From NCBI GenBank assembly GCA_964016885.1, contig OZ024756.1, positions 36,518,001 to 36,582,000 on the forward strand: 64,000 bases of DNA. The letters are read 5' to 3'. Positions 1 to 12,777 of this stretch are shown here, piece after piece. Source of the DNA: Eledone cirrhosa (lineage: Eukaryota). Position numbers and translations under genes: made by a program. The notes below the pieces were generated by a model. That model had not been told where the DNA came from, ran no database searches, and saw only the letters and a list, made by a program, of their open reading frames with translations. Each line of letters begins with the position of its first letter. Within the stretch, counting starts at the first letter, position 1.

Positions 1-585
1 GATGGGTGTGTCTTTCTGTTGTCTAACTTAGATTGATGTGTCAGGCTGTAAAGTTGTATTAGTGAACTTCCTCCATAGGGTGTGTGTCATTCATTTATGA
101 TTTATTGTCGCCGGTCAGAGTTACAGAGTTTATTATACCCCACGAATGTTGGTTGTATCTATTAAAATACTTTCTGATAATAGCACTTGTGTGGCATATC
201 ATATATGATGGAGGTTGTTATAAATAAATATTTTTTCGGTCTATATAGGTTAAAGAGTTCACTGATACTTCATATATTAATCCTCCGTCTAGTCGGGGTG
301 GTGTGGTCCCATAACTCCTGATAGAGTCGTAGGGGCACCGTATTCACATACGGCGTTTCCTCGGCATTTTAAGCCCTATCTAGGCCTAACTACAGCAGAT
401 TTCTTCGAGAGAAAGATAGAAAATGAGAAAGAGGAGATGAGAAAGAGATATAGAAGAGGAGGAATCGACCCCAGTACTAGACTGGTACTTTATTTTATCG
501 ATCTCGAATGGATGAAAAGCAAAGTTGACCTCGGTGGGATTTGAACTCAGAGAGCAGAGAACCATTCGAATACCATAAAGCATTC

Positions 586-679
<94 letters not shown>

Positions 680-932
680 GTGTGTGTGTGTGTGTGGGGG
701 GGGGTATTTATTTATAGAGCGGAACAGTCAGATAATGCTATTGGTCGTAAACGCTGACACTTGGCATCAATAAAACAGTTTAGACCGATTGTGCTAGGGT
801 GAAGTGATTGTGTGACAGCCGGACAGAAATGGTTCCGATTATAATATAAATTGATAAATTATATTATTATCTTTATTCCTGAATGAGTAAAGTATTCGAT
901 TTTTTTCTTTCTTCCATTTTTTTTCTTTTTAG

Positions 933-2190
933 GTGAATTTCGAGACGAGGAAATTATGCTGGCCAAAAGAGGTGACAACCAAACAGACCAGAAATTAGAC
1001 TCCAAACTTAACCTTTCAAGAGACTTCCATAAACCGAGATATCGTCCCTATAAACAAAACAGTTCGCTGGCACAGAAAGAACCCCTGCAAATGGCGCCTA
1101 TAGAACCGCACCAAAATGAACAGAACTCGAACCAGAAACCGTCACGCCGGAACGGTACTAAGCTCTCGCGTGGCCCCAGTCAGAACATTCCGGACGAACG
1201 AGTGTCACAGGGCAAGAGTGAAATCGGCCGACGCGAGAGAAGGCAATGGAACAAACGTTCGAATTCTTTGTTTTCGCCTCACGTGACTAATCTCTATCCG
1301 TTTGAAACGATCGACGTCAGCAACAGCGGCAACGCCGTTAACGTCAGCAATGACGTCATTTCTAGCGGTCCTACTGAAACCAAAATGTCAGACAATGCTG
1401 CTCTGGACAGGAGAAAACTCCATATTCAACAACGTCGCAGGAACGGACAAAAAACCACCACGGATGCTACGTTGAACTCCGGTGGCGGTGGTGGTGGTGT
1501 TGGTGGCGGCGGTGGTTATCTTTTAAACAGTCCTCGAACATCAGAGAAAAATCATCATCATATCAGCAGCAAAAACTCTGGGTTTCATTCAAAGCGTCTT
1601 CAGCGAGAACGTTCCAATGATATGTCTTTGAACTCTGAAAACAACCGAAGTCTATATTGTAGCTCTCGGAATAGTACCCATTCGGAAATACCTGTCGATG
1701 ATTACGGCGTGAACCGTAGAAACGATGGCGTAGACGATGAGACCAGAAGTGAGGTAAAAGACAGGCAATCTTACTTTAATAACAGTGATTACAAATTAGA
1801 GAGCAGAGGATCGGTATCTTATTACAACGGGTATGATAAGAACTATGGCAGCAATAATAACAACAACAACAACAATAATAATTATACTAATAATAATAAC
1901 AGTAATAAAAACAATAAAAATAATTATTATTATGATACCGATAGTGACAGTGAAAGACACACAAACGCGAGTTCCACTCACAACCCTAAAGATAAAAGGT
2001 TTGAAATGGGAAGTTTACATGACGCCAGTCCATTGAGGAGTTTGATGAAGTGGGAATACGAAGATTTGTACGGAGGAAAACGACCCAACTCTGTTCGTCC
2101 GGCAAGGCCGAAATCAGCCGTGGTCAGTGCTCGAACTCATGCGATGACCATCACGGACAGTGATGACAGCTCCCTAGATGGTGACATAGA
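933..2190 (+). CDS. Penultimate coding exon of an unknown Ser/Asn/Arg-rich low-complexity protein (gene starts upstream of the window)
   Basis: Pyrimidine tract + AG at 931-932, open frame throughout, GTAAGT donor at 2191. The phase-2 end (GA) joins in frame to the exon at 4960. Confidence 0.75.
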
Positions 2191-2228
2191 GTAAGTATTT
2201 CATTGGATTGATTTGACATATTATCTGT

Positions 2229-2429
2229 GTGTGTACGTATGCACGTATGTATGTATACATGTATGTATGTATGCATGCATGTATGTATGTATGTATGTAT
2301 GTATGTATGTATGTATGTATGTATGTATGTATGTATGCACGTATGTATGTATGTATGTATGTATGTATGTATGTATGTATGTATGCACGTATGTATGCAC
2401 GTATGTATGTATGTATGTATGTATGTATG

Positions 2430-2458
<29 letters not shown>
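2229..2458. repeat. (TATG)n microsatellite
   Basis: Direct reading; similar tracts at 2908-3001 and 58823-58908. Confidence 0.97.
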
Positions 2459-2461
<3 letters not shown>

Positions 2462-2497
2462 GGAGCTCTTAAGAGTCAATGGCCATCCAAAATCACC

Positions 2498-2907
2498 GGG
2501 AGAGATGACCCCTTAGCCTTTGTCAAGGCAGAATTCTAGGAGAAGGAAAACTCTGATATATCACCTGCAACCCTGATGGTATCCAATGATGTTGACTTGT
2601 TCTTCTTTTTGGTAAATATCATCTTGGTTAAGAGAGTGAGACTGGCTTTGTGCAGTGCCTTTGCTCACTATAAAAGCTTCACGGCACAGGCATTGCTTTA
2701 TATCTGGAGATCTCTCTGCACTTGTCGTCACATGGTACCATGGGCCCAGCACTATGTGTCAATAATTGTCACAGGTGTAGTGTTTGTACCGGAGTTTTCA
2801 TGTCGCTGGCTGGACTAAAAAGTCACACTCGTTCAGCGCATCGGTAGGGGTTCTGCTACATGGATATAAAGTAGTGGCCGTACTCGAAAACGAGTTGGCA
2901 GCCACCA
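2498..2907 (+). mobile_element. RTE-derived bipartite non-autonomous retroelement, copy 1
   Basis: 5' motif CTAGGAGAAGGAAAACTCTGAT; 3' end encodes CSVCTGVFMSLAGLKSHTRSAH* (C2H2-like), then a CTCG-AAAA-CGAG hairpin and (TGTA)n tail; near-identical copy at 43041-43450. Confidence 0.65.
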
Positions 2908-4031
2908 TGTATGTATGTATGTATGTATGTATGTATGTATGTATGTATGTATGTATGTATGTATGTATGTATGTATGTATGTATGTATGTATGTATGTAT
3001 GTTTCTCTTTCTCTTAATTTCGAGTACATTTTTGACCGGCCACCTTCTTGGTGGCAAGGTTGTAAAAGAAAAGAAATTGTCATCCCTTGAATCGCAAGAA
3101 TATTTTGCAAATTTTGACGGTGTCAGCTATCGCACCTATTTGTAGTCTATGTATGTATGTATGTATGTATGTATGTATGTATGTATGTTCTTATAATTTC
3201 ACAAATTTTTACCAACAGAGAGAGTCGGTTTCTAACGTAGATACAAGACTCCCATTGGAATTTACACAACATCAACTAGGTAGATATGTCTGCATGTCTG
3301 CATGCATGCGTGTGTGTACAGGTATGGATGTATGTATGTGTGTAGGTGTATATATGTTCTTCTGGTTTTATAATTTTTTACTCTTCCTGCTCAGACAACA
3401 CTAAGAAAATTACTAAACCTGCACTTTATACTACACATTCCTCATCCACCCACCCCAGATCATATCAGCCTCTCCACCCTGTTGCATATTTCCACAACGC
3501 TGCTATATGGTAAAGATGTTTAGCGATTTTACTTACTGATAGCAGGAAATCGTTAAATATTTAATACAACTATTTATTTGTAAAACTGTGTTCCTTTAAA
3601 GCTCGGTAACGAGTCTTCTTCGAGGTCTGTACCTAGTTGGCTTTGATGGCAGCACCAACCCTGCTTAGAAATGCAGACCAAAGTGTGTGGTGTAATTTGA
3701 ACCCAAAGTGTAGTGAAGCAATCACGTTTTCTAATATCTATGTCGTGACCACCAGGTTGGTAAATATCGATAAAGTTTACCAAACAAGTCATGTCATGGA
3801 ACATTAATAATAGATAGTAGGTAAAGGATATACCGAAACCACATCTTTAATTAATGTGATATTTGAGCTTTCATCTTAATGAATTTTCGTCTTCTCCCTC
3901 CGTTAATGAGTTGTCTTTATTTCAGTTTAGTTACCTCCTCCTTGCCCTCTCCTCAAAGCAAAGATATATCACACTCCACACGTGTGTTCTGTGTGCGTTT
4001 GATTCCTGATCAATATTGGTTCTTATACAAA

Positions 4032-4236
4032 GCGCGGTGGATTGGCAGTATCGGTAGAAGGTCGGACGCTATGTTTTGCAGCATAGATTTTACGGCCCTT
4101 TATGATCTGAGTTCAAATCCCGCCGAAGTTAACTTTGCCTTTCACCCTTACGGGGTCGGTAAAATAAAGTACCAATCACGTACTGGGATCGATTTAATCG
4201 ACTCCTCCCAATTACTGGCCTTGTGCCTATACTAGA
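4032..4236 (+). mobile_element. tRNA-derived SINE with Meta-like central domain
   Basis: A box TGGCAGTATCGG, B box GTTCAAATCC, central AACTTTGCCTTTCAYCCTTACGGGGTCG.TAAAATAAAGTACCA; ~20 full or partial copies in the window. Confidence 0.8.
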
Positions 4237-4565
4237 AATCAATATTGGTTCTTATACAGCTTTTTACGTTGTTGGTAAAAATGATGTACTGAGATGGATC
4301 TCAGTCGATTGCGACGGAGAGTTTTCCTGTTGTTCCACCAATGACATAGCCTGCTCATAAAAATTAACCGTGTAAGCGGTTGAGTATTTTTACAGACATG
4401 CATACCTTTAGTGTAATTCTCAGGGAGATTCAGCGTCACATAACTTGTGGCAAGGATGGGCATTTGAGTAACAGATACAGTTTATCAAACAGTTTCCATC
4501 TACCCAATTGCACTCACAAAGAATGGGTCGGCGTGAAGATATGGTAAATTATATTTACTCCAGAT

Positions 4566-4743
4566 CAGTGCCGGACTTAGGACAAATGAGGCCCTGTGCT
4601 ATTTAAGTTATGAGGCCCCTTATTTGGGCCCTGAAGGAGGTAGGCTCGGTAGATCTTCACAGGCAGATGGACTCACCCCCCCTCCCTGGCCAGCGGGACC
4701 CAGTGCTTCAGCACACCTAAGCACAATGATAAATCCGGCACTG
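4566..4743. mobile_element. hAT-type MITE
   Basis: TIRs CAGTGCCGGACTTA / TAAATCCGGCACTG with a perfect 8-bp TSD CTCCAGAT (4558-4565, 4744-4751). Confidence 0.9.
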
Positions 4744-4959
4744 CTCCAGATGTGACGCTGTGGGATCGAACCCGAGACTTGATTATTGCGAAGCAAGCGT
4801 CTTAACCCTTCTGCCATGCTTCATCTACAGGGCCATCTACTATTAGACACATACACTAACACAGACACATACAAAATTATTCAGCAACAAATATTTCACC
4901 TAGATTTGAAATGATTTCTCTCTCATGGTTTTCTTTTTATTATTTGTAATATTTTCCAG

Positions 4960-5653
4960 ATATGTTGACTTAGAGGAGCTTTCTGACGGGGAAGATGCAA
5001 TTGTTCTTTTGGACCCTGAATCAATAAAACGTCCATCAAACTCTTCCTGGAAAGAAGAAGACTCCGATGCCGGACGATCATTTTCCATGAAAGCATCTCA
5101 GGAAATCTCTCCCAGGCAAAATCCCAAATTTGTCAACAAAATTTCACAGGAAAGCAAGCGACTTCGAAGTAATGGTTCGGAAAGTGGCAAACCTGATACA
5201 AACTGGCTTTTTGCAAGCAACACAAACGGAGATTCAAGCAAAGGACGTCGAGAGAAACGGAAGGAATCATCCCTTATAGATTCCGGTGATTCTTCATCTT
5301 CTGAGTTCAAACTGAACGGTCAGATTCACAGGCTTAATATGAAAAAAGACATGTTTGATCTATCTTCTTTCAAAGACAATCTGTCTCTCCCGAGAGAAGC
5401 TTCTCTCACTTCTTCGTTTCAGAAATACAGTAGAGAAAGACTATTGTCCGATAATTTGCGACAAACTAATGCTGCGACGATGAAAACGCAAAAAATCCAA
5501 TCAGATCGATCTGATTTGATACGATTTGAGAAGAAAGAACTTCTTCCTCGGCGCAGTTCACACCCACCACTACCGAGACGGTTGAAACCACTTTTCAGAA
5601 ATATTCCCAATGAGGACGAAGACAGGGAATTTAGTGGGGATGGTTTGATTTAG
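4960..5653 (+). CDS. Terminal coding exon of the same unknown protein
   Basis: ttttccAG acceptor at 4958-59; GA+A gives Glu, then YVDLEELSDGED... to TAG at 5653; AATAAA at ~5733. Confidence 0.75.
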
Positions 5654-6121
5654 GCACGCCATCAGAATTATATTTTGTACATTCCTTTTGTTTAGCATTT
5701 CAACTTTTTTTTTTCATTCACCAAAATTTGGTAATAAAACTGTCATTATTAAACAGATCACTGCCATTACATTTCCATATTAATATTTTATGTGGCAGCT
5801 TACAAATCTCGTTGGTGTCGTTTGTGCAATGAGTTTTCAGTTGGTAGTGTTGTTTGTCATTCGATTGTCATTCGTCAATATAATGCTTTTAATTACACTG
5901 ACACTAAAAATTCATTTTCTGTCAAAAGACATCACAACTTCTCCTCTGCACCAGATAATGACCGTACGTAAGCGGGTGGGATCCAAACCTCCTCGGCCTG
6001 TCTGGGACATACCATTTTCTTTCTCACATAACATATAATAAAAACAAACAACATTAGCAAAGCAATATATATATATATATATATTGAAATATTTTTCGTC
6101 ATCAGAAATAGGGTAATCTCG

Positions 6122-6150
<29 letters not shown>

Positions 6151-6154
<4 letters not shown>

Positions 6155-6377
6155 AAAAAGTATGACCCCGACGGCAGAGCTCAAGCCGTTTCGACGGCTA
6201 TTTCTGGACCAGAACGGCTATTTCTGGACCAGAACGGCTATTTCTGTGTCCAGAAATAGCCGTCAAAACGGCTTGAGCTCTGCCGTCGGGGTCATACTTT
6301 TTCCTATTTCCCACTCTACTACCCTAAGTATTGAGAACTCTGGTGCGTTATGGTCCATCTGGTTCCTTACCACAATT

Positions 6378-6380
<3 letters not shown>
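6151..6380 (+). mobile_element. (TA)n-embedded element with asymmetric inverted repeat (family also at 31934-32127, 37349-37665, 61650-61750)
   Basis: TAGGAAAAAGTATGACCCCGACGGCAGAGCTC arm, its reverse complement ending TTCCTA, then a conserved ~70-nt tail CCACTCTACTACCCTAAGTATTGAG...GGTTCCTTA. Confidence 0.75.
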
Positions 6381-6429
<49 letters not shown>

Positions 6430-8150
6430 ACAGTAAATCGTGTCTAAGACGGGCCGAGGGGGGCTGTATCCCACCCGCTTACGTACGGTCACTATCTAGT
6501 GCAGAGGAGAAGTTGTGATGTCTTTTGACACAAACTGTAGGGTCCTCCAAAACCCTAACCCACAATTTGGCAAGCTTTCTACGGCTGGATGCTCCTCCTA
6601 TCACCAACCACTTTACAGCGTGTACTAGGTGTTTTTATCGTGTAGATCATCAACACTAGAGAAGTTGTTGTGTCTTTGACACAGCTGAAGGGTCTTATCA
6701 ACCCCTTTTAGGCATGGTTTCTACAACGAGGTGCCCTTCCTGTCGCTCACCACCCATACGAAGTGTACCGGGTGCATTTTTCATAGCAGTTTCGTAGCAG
6801 CAATCAAAGCTAGCAATATTTGTACCCCCATACACGACAAATGCAATAACAACAACAACAACAACACCGCCTTCACCCCAAGATATGCTGGACATCAAAG
6901 CACACATAAGAAACAGCAACAACAACATTGACATCCCCACCGCAACCATTTCAACTTGATAACTGCTTTCTGCTAAATTTATTTGAGAAATTGTAATTTG
7001 ATACCTTCTTCCCTACCTATCTCTCCCAGTGTTGACAATGTGCTCTTCCTATCTATCTTAGCATAGCATCGAGTCGACCGATACCTTGTGAGTGAAATTT
7101 GGTAGACGGAACCTATTTGGAAGTTTGTCCGATGGACTGTACCTCTAATTTCAAAAGACCAGCTTTATCCCACACTTGTCACACTGAACTCAATAATGAC
7201 GTTATGGGTAAATGTGTCTATTGTGTCTAGTCACTTACATGTTAATTTCACGAGGCAGGCTGTTTCGTTGATTGTACAACTGGAACACTCATCGTCAAAA
7301 CCGACGGAACGCCGTCATATGGGTGCGCGCGTGTATTTTGATAAAGCTCTCTTATGGTGACACCTGTTCTTTTGTCATGTATATCATGCTCTAATTGTAA
7401 CTGCCGTAGTTCACCTTTGCTGTCATAAAGTACAATGATATGTAATGGGACATGACAAAGTATTTTGTGCGTGTGTAATATATATATATATATCTGTGTG
7501 TACAAAATTATTAGTAATGGGAAGGCACGCGATTAGTGGTTAGTGTGTTCGGCTCACGATCGTAAAGACGCAAGTTCGATTCGGTGCGCAACACAAACAA
7601 AAAAAACCCGTCCCGAAAACAAAAAAACCCCGTCCCGAAAACAAAACCACGACATCACTCCAAACACAAACACCTACAACAAAGCGAAAGCTCCCACAAG
7701 AAAAACAGACAAAAACCACCGCAACACAACAAGAACATTACACATACATAAACAGTAAAAACAAAACTTTAATGGAGGCTATCTCCAATGACCCTTCGGT
7801 GAAAACCGAAGGTAAAACTTTTTCGAACTGTGTAGACAAACCTAATTTAAAGATGATTAGGGTCCCTACGGACACCTATAAGTCTTTAAAGGAAAACTTT
7901 CCTAAGGACGTGGGTAATCCTTGTGTTAAACCCATTAACCGCGTCCTTTTAAAAAGTTTCCCCACCCTCACCCCAGATACCTCCACCCCAAACACCTCCA
8001 CCCCACCAAACAAGTCCGTCCCAACCCCGCCGGAAACGACCACCCACCCAGACAACTCCTCTAACACCCCCATGGAAACCGTGCGGCCTGATCCCCGGGA
8101 GACGAAGAGGTGAGTGTTTTCTTCTCCTCTTTTAACTTTTCAGAACCAAC

Positions 8151-8845
8151 GTGGCCAATATAAGAGTTGGGTGTGTGAATGTACGCGGCCTGGGGATGCC
8201 CTGGAAACAGGGCAAACTCTTAAACGACCTCAGGTCGCACAGTATGGATGTAGTAGCCATTTGCGAGTCCATGATCCACAGCGAGCGACAGCTGGCCCCC
8301 ATCTTCGATGACTTTGAGATCAACGCATCTCTCTGTCAGCTGGGAGGTGGGGGCGGGGTTGCCGTTTTGCTGCGGAAACACCTAGGCCTCGTAACACAGA
8401 CGGTACATCTGGACCCGGAGGGTCGACTGGTGGTACTAGACGTTGACGGTAGTGAAGGTGGAGCCTTCAGGCTGGTGGCCGCATATGCCCCATCCGGGAC
8501 ACCGCGGCCAGACTTCTTCAAACGTCTAGAGACTTTTCTGGGAACGTCCCGCTCCTTGCTTTTAGTGGGGGACTGGAATGGAATCCTAGATGCACGTTGG
8601 GACTATGTGGGAGCATGTCCCGATAAAGGGGGGGGGGTGTAACATCCTCAAACAGTTAATCGGCCGATTTGACCTGGCCGATAGATATCGACTAGATTTT
8701 TGTGCCACTGTGGACGTGGACTAATCGTATTGGAACATCTAGATCGTACCTAGATAGGGTTCTAGTTAGAAATAAGGATAGGGACATTTTAAGCTGTCCA
8801 CAAATGTTCATAGTTGCCTATTCAGATCACAAACTAGTGACCTGA
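8151..8845 (+). pseudogene. Disrupted APE endonuclease domain of the Tx1-like ORF2
   Basis: Frame changes near the poly-G (~8627-8640) and near 8700; in-frame TGA at 8843-45 after SDHKLVT. Confidence 0.85.
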
Positions 8846-11575
8846 ATGGTCAACCTTGATAGAACCCATAGACAAGGGCCCGGCTACTGGAAGCTGAACT
8901 TGTCGTTACCGACATGCAAAGCCTACAGTAGACGGATTAGCACATTAGTTAAACAGCACTTGACAGGGGCCATTGTCAACAACAGATGGTGGTACTCTCT
9001 CAAGAGGGCAGTTAGATTAGACTCGTTAGTTTTTAGTAAAGACTTAGCGTTAGATAGAAATAGAACCGAGAAAGAACTGGTAGATAAAGTAGAAGAGGCA
9101 CTTAGGAGTGGCAACGTAGCCAGCGTGCTAGCAACGAGAACGGCCTTGGACCAGTTCTTCGACGCAAAGCATGAGGGCTGCGTTGTCAGAAGCAAAATAC
9201 GTGCTCTGGGAAACGAGGGAGCCAAAGCTGTTAGCTGGGCCCGAGTGACGGAGGCAAAAAGTGGCAACAAGTCCACGATTCGGTCTTTGAAGGACCAAAA
9301 CGGACGCGTCATACGTGAGCCGAAGCAGATGTGTGCGGCCTTTCAGCGGCACTTTGCTCAACTGTTCGGGCAGGGCGGCGCGCTGGGAGGGGCTATGGAT
9401 TTCGGTCCATACCTCGACGGCCTACCGCAACTCTCGGACAGGGAGGCAAAGTTCTGCGAAAAGCCTATTTCAGCCGCTGAGATAGGGGACGCGCTGAGCC
9501 AATGCGACATACGCAAATCTCCAGGTCTCGACGGTCTACCCTACGAATTTTACGTAGCAATGCGGGACTTATTCTCCGGTCTCCTGGAAGCGGTCTACTG
9601 CAACTGTCGGCAGAACGGGAGAATTCCCAGTTCTGTGACCGGGGGCGTAGTCACACTAGTCAGGAAAGGCGAGAATAAGGGGGATGACATAGGCAACTTC
9701 CGGCCCATAACTCTGCTAAACACAGAGTTACAGATTTTGGCCAAGGTGTTGGCAAAGAGGCTGGCGCTTGTCGTCGGGAACCTGGTGGGAGAAGCGCAGA
9801 CATGCGCAATCCCGACCAGGTCCATACACGACAACCTCCACCTCATGCGATACATCATAGAGAGGGTAGGGTGTAAACCCGGCTTCGGTGGGGCCCTGAT
9901 CAATTTGGATCAGTCTAAGGCTTTCGATAGGGTTGACCATCGTTACCTGGATGCGGTGCTCGAGGCGGCAGGCTTCGGACCCGTGTTCAGGGGCTGGATT
10001 GCTGCAATGCATAACAGCAACATCTGCTCAAGGGTTAAGGTGAACGGCTACCTCTCGGAGCCGTTCTATATCACGCGATCCATTCGACAGGGATGCCCTC
10101 TCTCCTCCCTTCTGTACGTATTGACTCTCGAGCCACTACTGCGGAAGTTGGAGCTATTGCAGGGCATCCCTCTGGAACCGGGACTGCGGAAAGCGGCGTC
10201 GTCCTACGCCGACGACGTGACAGTAATGGTGTCGAGCGCCTCGCAAATCGAGGAAGTCGGCACCTCACTGAAGGAATACGAAAATTTCACAGGAGCGAAG
10301 CTGAACCGGGACAAGTCCATCAGTTTGCAACTCGGATCGTGGAGATGCAAACCGATGCCTTCCGATGGCGTCGTCGGACGCTGGACGGAAGGACCAGTAA
10401 AGCTGCTCGGGGTCTGGTTTGGTCCGGACCTCCAGGTGGAGAAGAACTGGAACGAGGTGTCGGCCAAGGTGTTTGCACTCACCCAGAAGTGGGCCGAGTG
10501 CAAACTATCCTTGAAAGGTCGAGCGGAGGTGGCGAACACTTTTATAGCGTCCGCCATCTACTACCGCTTGACCGTCGTGCCTTGTCCAGCCAAAACGCTC
10601 GCCAAAATGGAGCGCGCGCTCTTCAAATTCCTTTGGAAGACGCGGGCTCCTATGGTGAGAAGATCCATCTGCTGCCAACACCCTTCCAACGGAGGGCTGG
10701 GGATGCCGTGGTTGACGATGCGCAAACACGCGCTCAGGCTGCGGCATCTCTACGTATTCCTCACCGGACAACCGTTCGTGAGGCGAGCCTTCCCACGACT
10801 CATCTCGCTGACCGAGCTGCAGTGCTGGGTCAAGCAAAGACCGAGGAAAATGGGCGACTGGCACATCGAATGTGCTCAGGCGCTCACAGCCCTCTGGCAG
10901 GCGGACCCGGCGATCAGTGGAGACTCCACTTCGTCATTATATAGAGGGTTGATCCGCAGCAAGTGCGACGACGTGCTCGGTGAAACTCTGGACGTAGAGG
11001 AAGACGAACTGGCCAGTCTGTTCGGTAGGACCTTCCGCCCGGGACCGATGGACAACTTCCAAAAGTCCCTGGCCTGGCAGTGCTACCGAGGAGCTCTACC
11101 AGTTCGTGACAAGCTCTACAGACATGGGCGCCCGGGCAGGGACCCTGCAAAAAAGATCTGTCCGAGGTGCGTGCGAGACGAAGAAACCGTCGCGCACGCA
11201 TTCATACACTGCCCGGGCGTCACCGACCTGTGGGGCTATGTAGAACGACTATTGTCGCGGGTGGGACCAATCCAGTTGACCACCGAGTCCATTGTCATGA
11301 TCAAACCGCCACCCTCCTTCAAAAACGAAGGAGAGGCGGTTTTCCTTTGTGTGATAGCTATGGCGAAAGAGGTTGTATGGTGGACAAGATTGAAAGGGCT
11401 GAGGTCAGACACCTTTCTCTCCGGCCAACAACTGATTCTTTTTTTCAAATACCACTTTGGAAGAAGAATCAGGATGGAGAGAGAGGTGCTGTACCCCAGC
11501 AAATTTTATGAAAGGTGGGTGAAGGTGGCGAGAATGGCCCGAGTGAATGGGCCTTCTCTCTATATCAGCCTGTAG
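8846..11575 (+). CDS. Reverse transcriptase + C-terminal zinc knuckle of the Tx1-like ORF2 (909-aa open segment)
   Basis: ORF track; canonical non-LTR RT motifs including YADD. Confidence 0.9.
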   Translation: MVNLDRTHRQGPGYWKLNLSLPTCKAYSRRISTLVKQHLTGAIVNNRWWYSLKRAVRLDSLVFSKDLALDRNRTEKELVDKVEEALRSGNVASVLATRTALDQFFDAKHEGCVVRSKIRALGNEGAKAVSWARVTEAKSGNKSTIRSLKDQNGRVIREPKQMCAAFQRHFAQLFGQGGALGGAMDFGPYLDGLPQLSDREAKFCEKPISAAEIGDALSQCDIRKSPGLDGLPYEFYVAMRDLFSGLLEAVYCNCRQNGRIPSSVTGGVVTLVRKGENKGDDIGNFRPITLLNTELQILAKVLAKRLALVVGNLVGEAQTCAIPTRSIHDNLHLMRYIIERVGCKPGFGGALINLDQSKAFDRVDHRYLDAVLEAAGFGPVFRGWIAAMHNSNICSRVKVNGYLSEPFYITRSIRQGCPLSSLLYVLTLEPLLRKLELLQGIPLEPGLRKAASSYADDVTVMVSSASQIEEVGTSLKEYENFTGAKLNRDKSISLQLGSWRCKPMPSDGVVGRWTEGPVKLLGVWFGPDLQVEKNWNEVSAKVFALTQKWAECKLSLKGRAEVANTFIASAIYYRLTVVPCPAKTLAKMERALFKFLWKTRAPMVRRSICCQHPSNGGLGMPWLTMRKHALRLRHLYVFLTGQPFVRRAFPRLISLTELQCWVKQRPRKMGDWHIECAQALTALWQADPAISGDSTSSLYRGLIRSKCDDVLGETLDVEEDELASLFGRTFRPGPMDNFQKSLAWQCYRGALPVRDKLYRHGRPGRDPAKKICPRCVRDEETVAHAFIHCPGVTDLWGYVERLLSRVGPIQLTTESIVMIKPPPSFKNEGEAVFLCVIAMAKEVVWWTRLKGLRSDTFLSGQQLILFFKYHFGRRIRMEREVLYPSKFYERWVKVARMARVNGPSLYISL

Positions 11576-12612
11576 GTTGAGGAAAAAGAGGAGGAGAGGA
11601 AAGGAGTACAAACTCTTCGTACTCCTGGAGATGAGGGTTGCACATTTTTTTTTCGGGGGTATGTGTTACCCATATGTAATGTCTCCCCCTATTGGGGAAA
11701 ATCGATTAATTTTTAAATTGCATTTGTGATAATATTTTACACGTTTTTATTGTATGTAAACTTCCTCCTTTGTATTTGTCCCCTTCTTTTGTGCCCCTGT
11801 GGCTAATAAAGAAATCTATCTATGTATCTATCTATCTACCTACCTACCTACGTACCTATCTATTTATCTATTTATCTATCTATCTATAGATCGATCTATC
11901 TGTTCATCTGTCTGTCTATCTTTCTATTTATTTGTTTTTGCACTACTATTTTTGCTTTGTTGTTGTTATTGTTCCAAAATAGATATATTGGTAAATAAAC
12001 ATGAATAAATTGAGTCAGGAAGACAGACAGACAGGCCGACAGACAGATATACAGATATAGAGAGGTAGTTAAGTAGCTAAGTAGACTGCAAGCTTGTAGT
12101 AATGAATTGATAATCGAGCTTGGAAGATTCTGATAGGAAGGACACGGTGGCGCCTTTATGACTTCATAATGAATTGAAGGCTCAAAGAAAAGCAACGCAA
12201 GGTAAGTATAGCTTGGATAGAGAAGGTCTTTGTCAAGAAGCCCACAACAGGGACACCTACAACTTCATAAGGGAGATAAGGGCCTAAAGCAAGGCAGAGA
12301 CGAACTCTGATAAAAAAAATAACGACGACGACCCCTACGATTTTATAAGGAGTTGAAGACCTACAGCAAAGAAGGGCAGTGTAAGGTAAGTGCAGCTTGG
12401 ATAGAGGCGGGTGGTGGCAAGCTGATTTCCGGCTCCAAGATACACGGAACATGATGGCGTTATCAGTGATGTCCCCTTCACTCTTCACCCATCAAACCAC
12501 ATTGGTGCATCACGTGTCATATTTAAAGACGAAAGAAAAGAAATATGATGATGAAACCAGAAGACAAAACACCACATTCACACACACACACACAATATAT
12601 ATATACATATAC

Positions 12613-12669
<57 letters not shown>

Positions 12670-12670
<1 letters not shown>

Positions 12671-12777
12671 GGTCTGTTGGAGATGCAGGACATGGCAGCG
12701 ATAATGAGGGACAGAGACCGCTGGAGAGAACTCGTCCATGGATCTCGGGAATTTTACCCGCCTTAGATAGATAGATA

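Larger units (their letters stand above)
7772..11815 (+). mobile_element. Tx1/L1-clade non-LTR retrotransposon, ORF2 nearly complete
   Basis: GC-richer block. APE motifs (CVNVRGL, ICES, YAPS, GDWN, SDH), RT motifs (SPGLDGLP, RPITLLN, DQSKAFD, RQGCPLS, YADD), CPRC...H...C knuckle; ends AATAAAGAAA + (TCTA)n. Confidence 0.92.

Noticed and set aside
6311-6372. Twister ribozyme in the tail of the 6151 family (minus strand)
   Set aside because: Has UAA and a possible pseudoknot pair but lacks the conserved GC/AAGC core arrangement.
8843-8845. Selenocysteine or readthrough at the in-frame TGA in the Tx1 ORF2
   Set aside because: Adjacent frameshifts indicate decay and no SECIS was recognised.
10093-10944. 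283-aa overlapping ORF within the RT region
   Set aside because: Alternate-frame openness is expected in GC-rich coding DNA; no recognisable motifs.
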